This document shows, one piece after another, positions 27,460 to 36,274 of a stretch of 56,044 nucleotides of DNA; the stretch's first letter is position 1; every line of letters begins with the position of its first letter. Location: assembly GCA_946539555.1 (NCBI GenBank), contig CAMNHN010000002.1:1-56044 (forward strand). Reading direction: 5' to 3'. A program made the translations under genes and the position numbers. Origin of the DNA: an uncultured Mollicutes bacterium. GTDB lineage: Bacteria > Bacillota_I > Bacilli_A > RFN20 > CAG-826. Under the pieces are notes generated by a model. That model was not told the DNA's origin. It was given only the letters and a program-made list of their open reading frames with translations, and did no database searches.

Positions 27460-29289
27460 TTATCTCCCTTTTTCTAATCTTTTAATTAAGACATAGTGCA
27501 TAATTATTGATTGAACGATGTTGAATAAAGCACCTGCTAACCAATAAACACCCATTGCTGATGGTAAACTGAAACCCATAATAATGATGAAAATGGTCAT
27601 AATCCATTGAGTCATCTTCATTGTCTTGTTTTGATCTTGTTGTGTATTTGATTTACCTAATTTTTGAATAGCTTTATTTCTCTTTTTATTTAACCATTGA
27701 GGTACAAACATTGCACAAATTTGTCCGCCACTCATGAGTAAAATAAGTACTAAGGCAGTCCACCAACCGCCATTTCCTGGCCATCCGGCAAAGTTAGATA
27801 AAACACTCCAAATCGTATCAGATAGTCTCAAACCTAAGAATGCATCGCTAGAAAGAGAAGCACATCCTTGTAATGCGTTCCAAACCGAAATAAAGACAGG
27901 GAATTGAACTATTAAAGTTAAGAAAGTCAAATATGGTCTAACTTTATATTTCTTATAAAGTGCCATTTGAGCTTGACCCATCTTTTGTTTTTCGTATTGA
28001 TTGGTGTTTGCGTTTGGATATTTTTGTTGTAATTTAGCAATTTCAGGTTGTAACATTTGCATCTTTTGTTGAGAAAGTGTTGATGGAAGTGTTACTAACA
28101 TGAATAAAAGTCTAATAATTAAAGTTGTAAGTAAAACAGCTAAAATTTGTCCGCCACCATTCATTCCAAATGCGTGAGCGAAATTTTCTGTCATTGTAGC
28201 GATTGGATAAACTAATAATCCTTCTAAGAATCCGTGTTTAGCAAATGCATCACCCCAACCTTGATAGAAGTCAGTACCTTTTCCTTCAATTAAAACACTA
28301 TCATTAATTGGATCTTCACTTGTATGACCATAGAATCCATCTTCAACAGTAATACATGTTTTTAAGGTATTAACTTTGGCAGCAAGAGTGTTTTGATAAA
28401 GTGCAAGAAAATTAGCACTCATTGCTTCATCACTATTAACTACGCCATCTGAAACGAGTTGGTCATTCCATTTTGATAAATGTGCGTAATAATTTACTTT
28501 ATTTTCACTATTGTACGAATCTTGTTCGTTAAAAAATTTATTATGACCAAGAGTAGTCAAATATGAATAATATCTTCCTGGTAATTCAGATGATTTTGTT
28601 TCGCCATTTGAATTTCCGTTTAATAATTTTTGTAACTTTTCATCGGTTGGCTCATTTTTATAAGATTGTAAGTCTTCATAAGTATAACCATTCATTTGAG
28701 CATAAGTAATATTGCTCAAATTAACGTCTGCTAACCATTGGTAAGCTTTATCTTTATTGTTTTGAGTTTCAATGTAAGTTAAAAAAACATCATCAAATTC
28801 TTGCCAGAATCTTAAACTTGGTGTCATAACACCTTGTTTTTCTGCTGTTGCAATTAATGATGAAGTAAAAGAATTAAGACCAAATGTTAATGTAACATCT
28901 CGTCTATTTGAGTTAGCATCAGGATTTGAAGCTTCAACAGCTGTAATTTTAATAGAATTTAATGCTAAAAGATTTGCATTAACAGGTCTAAAGACTTCTG
29001 ATGCATTATAATCTGTTCTAACATATTTTCCAGAGACCTCATCATAAACGTCAACTTTTAAATTTGATGCGACAATTTTTGATGAATCAACTGATTCTTG
29101 TTTTTTGAATGTTTCAAGAACAAATTCTGTTCCTTGATCTTCTGTTTCAAAGAAAGTTGTATTAACTGGATCGTAGTTATATAAATAATTACTTACGTCG
29201 TTTTCAGAACAAAAAGAATTACAAGCTGTAAGAAGAAGTGCTCCACCTACAAGACCAACAAAACCGATAATCTTTCCTTTTTTGTTCAT
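27460..29289 (-). CDS. yidC: Membrane protein insertase YidC with a long lipoprotein N-terminal domain
   Basis: Lipobox LLLTAC (Cys22). About 330 hydrophilic residues follow, then the YidC/Oxa1 5-TM core (IIRLLF..LPS..QQKMQ.LQPE...L..KY). Sits in the rnpA-yidC-jag order. Confidence 0.9.
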   Translation of the reverse strand: MNKKGKIIGFVGLVGGALLLTACNSFCSENDVSNYLYNYDPVNTTFFETEDQGTEFVLETFKKQESVDSSKIVASNLKVDVYDEVSGKYVRTDYNASEVFRPVNANLLALNSIKITAVEASNPDANSNRRDVTLTFGLNSFTSSLIATAEKQGVMTPSLRFWQEFDDVFLTYIETQNNKDKAYQWLADVNLSNITYAQMNGYTYEDLQSYKNEPTDEKLQKLLNGNSNGETKSSELPGRYYSYLTTLGHNKFFNEQDSYNSENKVNYYAHLSKWNDQLVSDGVVNSDEAMSANFLALYQNTLAAKVNTLKTCITVEDGFYGHTSEDPINDSVLIEGKGTDFYQGWGDAFAKHGFLEGLLVYPIATMTENFAHAFGMNGGGQILAVLLTTLIIRLLFMLVTLPSTLSQQKMQMLQPEIAKLQQKYPNANTNQYEKQKMGQAQMALYKKYKVRPYLTFLTLIVQFPVFISVWNALQGCASLSSDAFLGLRLSDTIWSVLSNFAGWPGNGGWWTALVLILLMSGGQICAMFVPQWLNKKRNKAIQKLGKSNTQQDQNKTMKMTQWIMTIFIIIMGFSLPSAMGVYWLAGALFNIVQSIIMHYVLIKRLEKGR

Positions 29290-29622
29290 TTATTTCTCCT
29301 TAATCGTGTTGAGTAACGAAGCGAGTAAAGTTTCTGCTTTGCTAAAGTTTTCTTTATCATAGTTCTTACTAATTAGAACAACGCAATCTTTTTTCCATTC
29401 TTTTAAATTAAGAGTATTGTCGATAATCGCTCTGACTTGTCTTTTAATTTTTACTCTTGAAACAGCGTTGCCGTTTTTTCTTGTAACTAGTATTCCTATT
29501 CTTCCGTATTCTTGTGTTTTTTCGCGATAGTAGATAGTGAAAAATTCATTTCTTGTGAACTTTCTCAAGTTCATGATTTCTTGGAATTCACTATATTTCT
29601 TTACTCGATTAATTTTTTTCAT
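29290..29622 (-). CDS. rnpA: Ribonuclease P protein component
   Basis: 110 aa, basic, with the pattern NAV.RN..KR. The start overlaps the rpmH stop (TAATG). Confidence 0.88.
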   Translation of the reverse strand: MKKINRVKKYSEFQEIMNLRKFTRNEFFTIYYREKTQEYGRIGILVTRKNGNAVSRVKIKRQVRAIIDNTLNLKEWKKDCVVLISKNYDKENFSKAETLLASLLNTIKEK

Positions 29623-29762
29623 TATTTAGAAACAGTTAAAACTTTTCTTCCTTTCTTTCTTCTAAGAGCTAAAACTTTTCTTCCGTGGCTTGTTGCCATT
29701 CTTGCTCTGAATCCATGAACTCTCATTTTATGGAGTTTGCTTGGTTGATAAGTTCTTTTCAT
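29622..29762 (-). CDS. rpmH: 50S ribosomal protein L34
   Basis: [22 protein letters not shown].... ATG 29762 lies 8 nt after AGGAGG. The 20-aa track extension is rejected. Confidence 0.95.
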   Translation of the reverse strand: MKRTYQPSKLHKMRVHGFRARMATSHGRKVLALRRKKGRKVLTVSK

Positions 29763-29870
29763 AATATTAATTCCTCCTAATATGCAATCAAAATTATATA
29801 TGTATTTATACATATAAGTCAAACAAATTTGCTTTTTAGAAATTTCTTAAAATCTCGTAATTTTGCACCT

Positions 29871-30122
29871 TTTTCCACAAAGAAAATTTGCTTCTACATA
29901 TATGTGGATTTTACAAAAATTTTATGTTGAAAACTTAATTTTATGCGATAACAGAGATTACTTTTTAATGTGGATAACTCTTGTTGATGTGGAATCTTAT
30001 TCTACATTTCAACACAAATTGATTTTTCCACTTTCTCCACATAGTTTTCCACATTGCAAAGTTGTGGAAATTTTAGTTTGCTGATAATTATCGACTTTTT
30101 TAGATTTTCCCTATGTGGAAAA
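29871..30122. promoter_or_regulatory. oriC left part: cluster of 9 DnaA boxes upstream of dnaA
   Basis: One perfect TGTGGATAA (29969-77). Eight boxes carry 1-2 mismatches: TTTTCCACA 29871 and 30045; TGTGGATTT 29903; TGTGGAATC 29988; TTTTCCACT 30024; TTCTCCACA 30033; TGTGGAAAT 30063; TGTGGAAAA 30114. The region is non-coding and coincides with the strand-bias switch. Confidence 0.85.
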
Positions 30123-30193
30123 CTCAAATAGTGCCGATTTTTTCCTACTTTTTTATTAGTGTTTATATTAAAATTTTTTGCAGGGAGAATACC

Positions 30194-31555
30194 ATGAAAA
30201 CTTTTACTATTAGTGAAATAAATGATCTTTGGAATCGTATATCAATTAGTTTATCAGAACAATTTGATAAACCTTTATATGATGCTTTTTTCAAAAATAT
30301 AAAAGTATATAGTGTTAACAGCGATTCAATTGTTTTAGTTGCTGATGGTGCACTTTCTAAAACCATTTTGGAACAAAAATATACCAAGATGTTAGAAGAA
30401 AGATTTTTTGCATTAACAAACACAAACTATAAAGTTTCATTTATTCAAGACAGCCAAATTTCTCAAAAAGCTGATGCTCAAGATGAATTAGCACAATTTG
30501 GAGATTTCTTTAAGAATAGTTTTGTTGATCCAAACTATACTTTTGATAATTTTGTTGTTGGAAAAAACAACCAAGAAGCACAAAAAGCAAGCTTGATTGT
30601 CGCAGAAACTCCAGGGACAATTTTCCAAACTTTATTTATTTACGGTGGTAGTGGACTTGGAAAAACTCACCTTTTAAACGCAATTGGAAATTACATCAAA
30701 AACGCTTCTCCAGAAAAGAAAATTCTTTATTGTTCAAGCCAAGATTTTATAAACGAATATCTTGATTTTGTTAATGGAGATTCTAAAAAAGATCAACTTA
30801 TAAAATTCCTTAAACGCTTTGATATTTTCTTAATTGATGATATTCAAATGCTTAAAGATAAGAAAAAGACACAAGAATTCTTCTTTAATATATACGAAGA
30901 TTTCCGTCAAAATCACAAACAAGTTGTATTAACTTCCGATAGGCTTCCTGGCGAATTAGATGGAATCGATACAAGACTTATTACAAGATTTACAAGCGGT
31001 TTATCAGTTCCAGTTTTAAAACCAGATTCACATACTTGTAGAGAAATATTAGAGAAAAAACTTATTAATGGTGGATATGATATTTCTAAATATGATGAAG
31101 AAGTTCTCATCTTCCTTGCTGATAAATTTAAAGATTCAGTTAGAAATTTAGAGGGAGCATTACTAAGACTTAATTTCTATGTTTCTCTTAATAAATATGA
31201 ACGCATCACACTAGATGTTTGCGCAGATGCTTTAAGAGGAATGGTTGATGTTAGTGACGCTAAAAACAAGGTCACCGAACAAAAAATTCTTAATGTAGTT
31301 GCTAATTATTATTCTTTAGATGTTAACCAAATAACTGGTAAAATAAAGACAGGAAATATTGCTAACGCAAGACATATCGCGATTTATTTAATTAGAGATA
31401 TGCTTGATGTTCCATTCAAAAAAATAGGTGCAATCTTTGCAAATAGAGATCATTCGACAATTATGCATAGCGTAGAGATGGTGGAAAAGATGTTGAAATC
31501 AGACTCCCAAGCTAAGCTCGTTGTAGAAGAGTTAAAAAAGAGAATATTATCGTAA
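30194..31555 (+). CDS. dnaA: Chromosomal replication initiator protein DnaA
   Basis: AAA+ motif GGSGLGKTHL, Walker B FLIDDIQ, and the C-terminal DNA-binding domain (RDHSTIMHS). Start trimmed to ATG 30194 behind GGGAGAA. Confidence 0.95.
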   Translation: MKTFTISEINDLWNRISISLSEQFDKPLYDAFFKNIKVYSVNSDSIVLVADGALSKTILEQKYTKMLEERFFALTNTNYKVSFIQDSQISQKADAQDELAQFGDFFKNSFVDPNYTFDNFVVGKNNQEAQKASLIVAETPGTIFQTLFIYGGSGLGKTHLLNAIGNYIKNASPEKKILYCSSQDFINEYLDFVNGDSKKDQLIKFLKRFDIFLIDDIQMLKDKKKTQEFFFNIYEDFRQNHKQVVLTSDRLPGELDGIDTRLITRFTSGLSVPVLKPDSHTCREILEKKLINGGYDISKYDEEVLIFLADKFKDSVRNLEGALLRLNFYVSLNKYERITLDVCADALRGMVDVSDAKNKVTEQKILNVVANYYSLDVNQITGKIKTGNIANARHIAIYLIRDMLDVPFKKIGAIFANRDHSTIMHSVEMVEKMLKSDSQAKLVVEELKKRILS

Positions 31556-31578
31556 ATTTATTAATCTAAGAAATTGAG

Positions 31579-31640
31579 TTTTCCACAAAATCACAATTTC
31601 CACATTAACTATTATTATTAATTAAATAAGAGGTATTAAA
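31579..31640. promoter_or_regulatory. oriC right part: two DnaA boxes plus an AT-rich candidate unwinding element
   Basis: TTTTCCACA (31579-87) and ATTTCCACA (31596-604), followed by ATTATTATTAATTAAATAA. This is a bipartite origin layout as in B. subtilis. Confidence 0.6.
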
Positions 31641-31641
31641 A

Positions 31642-32763
31642 ATGAGATTTATTATTGACCGTGACGAATTCTTAAAAGGATTATTAAATGCAAGTCGTAT
31701 CATTCAAGCTAAATCACTTGATCCGATTCTTAATTATTTAAAATTAGAATTAAATGATCATCAATTAGAGATTACTGGTTCTAATGGAGATTTATCAATT
31801 CTTACTACAATTCCTTATTTTGTAGATGAAAAACAAATCATTAGAGACGCAAGTGCAGGAGCAATTCTTGTAAATTCGAAACTTATTACTGAAATTGTTA
31901 AAAGAGTTGATGGAAAAGAAGTTAAATTTGATGTAATGGATGAATCAATTGCACGCATTGAAGCTGAAAACTCAAATTTCAAACTTAACGTTATTAGAGC
32001 AAGCGAATATAGAGATTTCGATTTTGAAAAATCAGGTATTGAAGTTAGATTATTTACAAAAGACTTTGTTGAAGCAATTAATGAAGTTGGTTTCTGTGCT
32101 TCACAAAAAGATGGAAGAGCGATTTTAACTGCTATTAACATCGAATGTAATTCTCAAACTCTTACATTTACCGCAACAGATGGTGCTAGACTTGGAAGAA
32201 AAGAATTAAAAGTTGAAAATTCTGAATTATTTAATGTAAATGTTCCTGCTAAAGCATTACTTGAAGCAGTTAGATCAGTTACAAACGAAGAAGAAGTCTC
32301 ATTATTTATTGCTGATAAGAAAGTAATTGTCGCTTTATCAAATACAATCTTAAATTCAAAATTAATACCTGAACTTTATCCTAATGTTAAAAATATTATT
32401 CCAAAGACATTTAATTATTACCTCGAAGTAAATGCTAATGAAATTTTAAATGCTATGAGTCGTGTTTCTCTCTTCTCAACAGAAAGAGAAAATATCGTTA
32501 AACTCACGATGCAAGAAGGAAAAATTTTAGTTTCAAGTAAATCTCAACAAACAGGTTCAGCTGAAGAAGAATTAAGCTTATTTAAATTTACTGGTGATAG
32601 ATTAGAAATTTCATTCAACTGTGATTATGTCTCTGGAGCTATTAGAGCACTCAAGAGCCAAGACGTCTTAATTAGCTTTATTGGAGAAATGAAACCATTC
32701 ACTGTAGTTGATAAAAATAACGACTCTGTAATTCAATTAATAACCCCTGTAAGAACGTATTAG
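31642..32763 (+). CDS. dnaN: DNA polymerase III beta sliding clamp
   Basis: 373 aa with a three-domain clamp pattern, located directly after dnaA. Confidence 0.93.
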   Translation: MRFIIDRDEFLKGLLNASRIIQAKSLDPILNYLKLELNDHQLEITGSNGDLSILTTIPYFVDEKQIIRDASAGAILVNSKLITEIVKRVDGKEVKFDVMDESIARIEAENSNFKLNVIRASEYRDFDFEKSGIEVRLFTKDFVEAINEVGFCASQKDGRAILTAINIECNSQTLTFTATDGARLGRKELKVENSELFNVNVPAKALLEAVRSVTNEEEVSLFIADKKVIVALSNTILNSKLIPELYPNVKNIIPKTFNYYLEVNANEILNAMSRVSLFSTERENIVKLTMQEGKILVSSKSQQTGSAEEELSLFKFTGDRLEISFNCDYVSGAIRALKSQDVLISFIGEMKPFTVVDKNNDSVIQLITPVRTY

Positions 32764-32829
32764 AGAAAGATTTTTAAATAGGCGTATAAAAAACGTCAAA
32801 ACGTAACAAAATCTCTTTAAAATAAAACC

Positions 32830-32860
32830 CCTTTAATATATAATATTAAAGGAGTTTTTT
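32830..32860 (+). terminator. Hairpin plus T6 between dnaN and yaaA; the 3' arm contains the yaaA Shine-Dalgarno
   Basis: CCTTTAATAT-ata-ATATTAAAGG (32830-52), then AG and TTTTTT, then ATG 32861. Confidence 0.5.
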
Positions 32861-33085
32861 ATGTCTAAAAATTATCAACAAATCAAAATTTCTACTGACT
32901 ACATTACGCTTGGCCAATTATTAAAATTTTCAGGCATTATTGATAATGGCTCAGAAGCAAAAGAGTTCATTTTTAATAATGAAATTTTAGTTGATGGTGA
33001 AGAATGCAAAATGAGAGGTAAGAAATTAAGAGGCGGAGAAAAAATAGATATTAACGGCTCTGTGTTTCTTGAAATAACTAGATGA
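32861..33085 (+). CDS. yaaA: S4-domain RNA-binding protein (YaaA-like)
   Basis: 74 aa in the conserved slot between dnaN and recF. The stop TGA overlaps the recF ATG (ATGA). Confidence 0.8.
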   Translation: MSKNYQQIKISTDYITLGQLLKFSGIIDNGSEAKEFIFNNEILVDGEECKMRGKKLRGGEKIDINGSVFLEITR

Positions 33086-34155
33086 AAGTTACTGATTTAG
33101 AACTTACAAATTTTAGAAATTATAAATATCTATCTGTTAAATTCGATGATGGTATAAATTACATTGTTGGAGATAACGCAAAAGGAAAAACTAACTTAGT
33201 AGAAGCAATTTATACCCTAAGTTTTGGAAAGAGTTTTAGAACTAATGATACACTTGAGTTGATCAATAAAGATTCTAAATATTCGATTATAAAAGCTAAA
33301 ACTAAAAGTGAAACTTCCTCAAAAGATATAGATATTTATTTGCTTTTAAAAGGTAAAAAAATAAGGGTAAATCAAAAACCTGTTGAACGTTTAAGTCAAC
33401 TAAATGAGATTTTAAACGTCTTATGTTTCACTCCAAAAGATGTGAATTTATTAAAAGAAGCTCCTTCATTAAGACGAAGATTCTTAAATCAAAACATCTC
33501 TAAAAATAGTCAAACTTATCTTAGTAGTTTAATGGATTATGAAACGGTTTTGCGTCAAAGAAATGATGCGTTAAAACTAGAAAAAATTAATTTTGATTTA
33601 CTTCAAATTTTGACGGATTACCTCATTAGATTATCAAAACCAATCTATGAATATAGGCAAAAATTTGTAAAACGAATCAACGAAATATTAAAAGATGTTT
33701 ATAAAGAAATTTCATTAACTGATGAAATATTAAAAATTAAATATAAACCATTTCTTGATTCAGAAGATCATTATGAAGAAGAGTTAAAAGAATTATATGC
33801 ATCAACTCTTCAAGAAGATGTGAAGAAAAAAGTAACAACAATTGGAATTCATAAAGAAGATTTTGAAATATATTTAGGAGATCGAAATTTAGGAATTTAT
33901 GGATCACAAGGCGAAAATAGATTAGCTGTAATCGCTTTAAAAATTGCTCCATATTTCTTAGCAAAAAGTGATAAAGAAAAACCGATTATTGTTCTAGATG
34001 ATGTATTAAGCGAGCTTGATACAAATCATGAAAAAAACTTACTTGAATATCTAAAAACTTTCAATCAAGTATTTATAACAAACACAAAAAAATCCGATTA
34101 TTATCAAGGAAAGTACTATATATGTGACAATAATGTTATTGTCAAGGAGGACTAG
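33082..34155 (+). CDS. recF: DNA replication and repair protein RecF
   Basis: Walker A GDNAKGKTN, an SMC-like signature region, and Walker B IIVLDDVLSELD. Confidence 0.92.
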   Translation: MKVTDLELTNFRNYKYLSVKFDDGINYIVGDNAKGKTNLVEAIYTLSFGKSFRTNDTLELINKDSKYSIIKAKTKSETSSKDIDIYLLLKGKKIRVNQKPVERLSQLNEILNVLCFTPKDVNLLKEAPSLRRRFLNQNISKNSQTYLSSLMDYETVLRQRNDALKLEKINFDLLQILTDYLIRLSKPIYEYRQKFVKRINEILKDVYKEISLTDEILKIKYKPFLDSEDHYEEELKELYASTLQEDVKKKVTTIGIHKEDFEIYLGDRNLGIYGSQGENRLAVIALKIAPYFLAKSDKEKPIIVLDDVLSELDTNHEKNLLEYLKTFNQVFITNTKKSDYYQGKYYICDNNVIVKED

Positions 34156-34156
34156 T

Positions 34157-36259
34157 ATGGAAGAAGAAAAAAAGACTGCTGAAGTTACTGAAGAAGTAAA
34201 TCCAGAAGATGAAATTATTCCTGAAAGCGAAGGCTTTAATGATCAAGAAGAGAAAAACATCGATAGCAAAATCAGTGACGAAATCATCGAAGGCGTTGAT
34301 GAAAAAGACTTAGAAAAAGTTGAAAAAGAATATAACAGTGATAGTTTGACTGTCCTTGAAGGTCTCCAAGCTGTTAGAAAAAGACCAGGTATGTATATTG
34401 GTTCAACTTCATCAACCGGTTTACACCATTTAGTTTGGGAAATTGTTGATAATGGTATCGATGAAGCTCTTGCTGGTTTTTGTGATACTGTCACAGTTAC
34501 AATAAATCCTGATAATACAATTACTGTTACTGACAATGGCCGTGGTATTCCTACAGATATAGTTGCTAAAACAGGTCTTAGCGGCGTTGAAACTGTTTAT
34601 ACTGTTTTACACGCTGGAGGAAAATTTGGCGATGGTGGCGGATATAAAGTTTCTGGAGGATTACATGGTGTTGGTGCATCAGTTGTCAACGCTCTTTCAG
34701 AACGGGTTGATGTTACTGTCCATAAAAATGGTGAAATCTGGTATATAAGATTTGAAAATGGCGGAAATGCTGTTGATAGACTTAAAAAGATTGGTACATG
34801 TGATGATCATGGAACAATCGTTACATTTAAACCAGATGCAACAATTTTTAAAGAAACAACTGTTTTTAATTATGAAACAATTAAAAATAGACTTAGACAA
34901 ATGGCCTTCCTTAATAAAGGAATCACAATTAAATTAACAGATAAAAGAGTTGAACCAAACGAAACCGAATCATTTAAATATGATGGTGGAATTAAAGAAT
35001 ATGTTTCTTTTATTAATAAAAAATCAATTCCTCTTTTTGATGACATAATTTATTGTGAAGGCGCTCAAAAATTTGATGATAATGGCGTAGAAGAAATAAT
35101 TTATGCAGAAATTGCTATTCAATACACCTCAAATTATAACCACAACGTTTATTCATATTGTAACAACGTTTCAACCGGAAATGGTGGTATGCATGAAGAC
35201 GGATTTAATTTAGCTTTAACAAGAATTTTAAATAACTACGCTAGAGAAAATAAATTCTTAAAAGATTCAGATAAAGAAAAATTCAATCTCGACGATTGCT
35301 TAGAAGGATTAACTGCAATTATTTCGGTTAAACACCCTAACCCACAATATGAAGGGCAAACAAAAGGCAAATTAGGAAACCTCGAAGTTAAAAAGATTAT
35401 TTCAAATATTTTTGGTGAGCAATTACAAAGATTCTTACTTGAAAACAAGGCTGTTGCTACCGAAATTATGAAGAAAGTAAAAGGTGCTTATGATGGAAGA
35501 CTTGCTGCTAGAGCAGCTCGTGAAAACATCAGACGTAAAACCGGTCTAGAGCCAACTACACTTCCAGGCAAACTTGCTGATTGTTCATCAAATAACCCTG
35601 AAGAATGTGAATTATTCATTGTTGAGGGTAATTCAGCAGGTGGTAGTGCAAAACAAGGTAGAGATCCAAGAACACAAGCTATTATGCCTTTAAGAGGTAA
35701 AATTTTAAACGTTCAAAAAGCTCAAATTCATAGAATCTTTGATAATGCCGAAATTGGAAACATGATTAGTGCAATTGGCGCAGGATTTGGAGAAGATTTT
35801 GATATAGCAAAAATTAGATATCATAAAATCGTCATTATGACCGATGCCGATGTTGATGGTTCTCACATTAGAATTTTACTTTTAACGTTCTTCCATAGAT
35901 TTATGAAACCATTAATTGATCATGGATATATTTATATTGCTCAACCTCCTCTATACAAGGTTGAATTTAAAAACAAAGCATATTATGCATACACTGATGA
36001 ACAATTAAACGTTATTAGAAAGACACTTGATTTAAAACCAGGTTATCCATATCAACGTTATAAAGGTCTTGGTGAAATGGACCCACAACAACTCGAAGAA
36101 ACCACAATGGATCCTAAAGTTAGAAAGATGCTTAGAGTCACAGTTGATGATGCTGTTGCAGCTGATCAAGTCTTTAGTGATTTAATGGGTGAAGAAGTTG
36201 AACCACGTTCTGAATTCATTGAAAAGAACGCAAAATTTGTTAAAAACCTTGATATTTAA
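34157..36259 (+). CDS. gyrB: DNA gyrase subunit B (with ~55-aa acidic N-terminal extension)
   Basis: LEGLQAVRKRPGMYIG, the GHKL ATPase, Toprim EGNSAGGSAKQGRD, and PLRGKILNV. ATG 34157 lies 6 nt after AAGGAGG; the track's upstream start is rejected. Confidence 0.95.
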   Translation: MEEEKKTAEVTEEVNPEDEIIPESEGFNDQEEKNIDSKISDEIIEGVDEKDLEKVEKEYNSDSLTVLEGLQAVRKRPGMYIGSTSSTGLHHLVWEIVDNGIDEALAGFCDTVTVTINPDNTITVTDNGRGIPTDIVAKTGLSGVETVYTVLHAGGKFGDGGGYKVSGGLHGVGASVVNALSERVDVTVHKNGEIWYIRFENGGNAVDRLKKIGTCDDHGTIVTFKPDATIFKETTVFNYETIKNRLRQMAFLNKGITIKLTDKRVEPNETESFKYDGGIKEYVSFINKKSIPLFDDIIYCEGAQKFDDNGVEEIIYAEIAIQYTSNYNHNVYSYCNNVSTGNGGMHEDGFNLALTRILNNYARENKFLKDSDKEKFNLDDCLEGLTAIISVKHPNPQYEGQTKGKLGNLEVKKIISNIFGEQLQRFLLENKAVATEIMKKVKGAYDGRLAARAARENIRRKTGLEPTTLPGKLADCSSNNPEECELFIVEGNSAGGSAKQGRDPRTQAIMPLRGKILNVQKAQIHRIFDNAEIGNMISAIGAGFGEDFDIAKIRYHKIVIMTDADVDGSHIRILLLTFFHRFMKPLIDHGYIYIAQPPLYKVEFKNKAYYAYTDEQLNVIRKTLDLKPGYPYQRYKGLGEMDPQQLEETTMDPKVRKMLRVTVDDAVAADQVFSDLMGEEVEPRSEFIEKNAKFVKNLDI

Positions 36260-36274
36260 TAAGGAGGTAAAACA

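Noticed and set aside
29863-30084. 73-aa ORF in the rpmH-dnaA intergenic region
   Set aside because: The region is packed with DnaA boxes (oriC). The ORF has no SD, and its 'protein' simply translates repeated TGTGGA/TCCACA boxes.
30175-30190. Fifth copy of the 30-nt motif upstream of dnaA (minus strand CCCTGCAAAAAA)
   Set aside because: Only the 10-nt core matches. The flanking A5 and TATTTTT parts do not align, and the GGGAG on the plus strand is better explained as the dnaA Shine-Dalgarno.
30113-30193. N-terminal extensions proposed by the ORF track for dnaA, and likewise for lysS (4053-4130), mnmE (26799-26840), rpmH (29763-29822), gyrB (34124-34156), pmbA (49291-49317), rpmE (51574-51660) and metG (51941-51976)
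   Set aside because: In each case an internal ATG preceded by a good SD reproduces the conserved family N-terminus. The extensions overlap upstream genes or regulatory sites and carry no conserved sequence.
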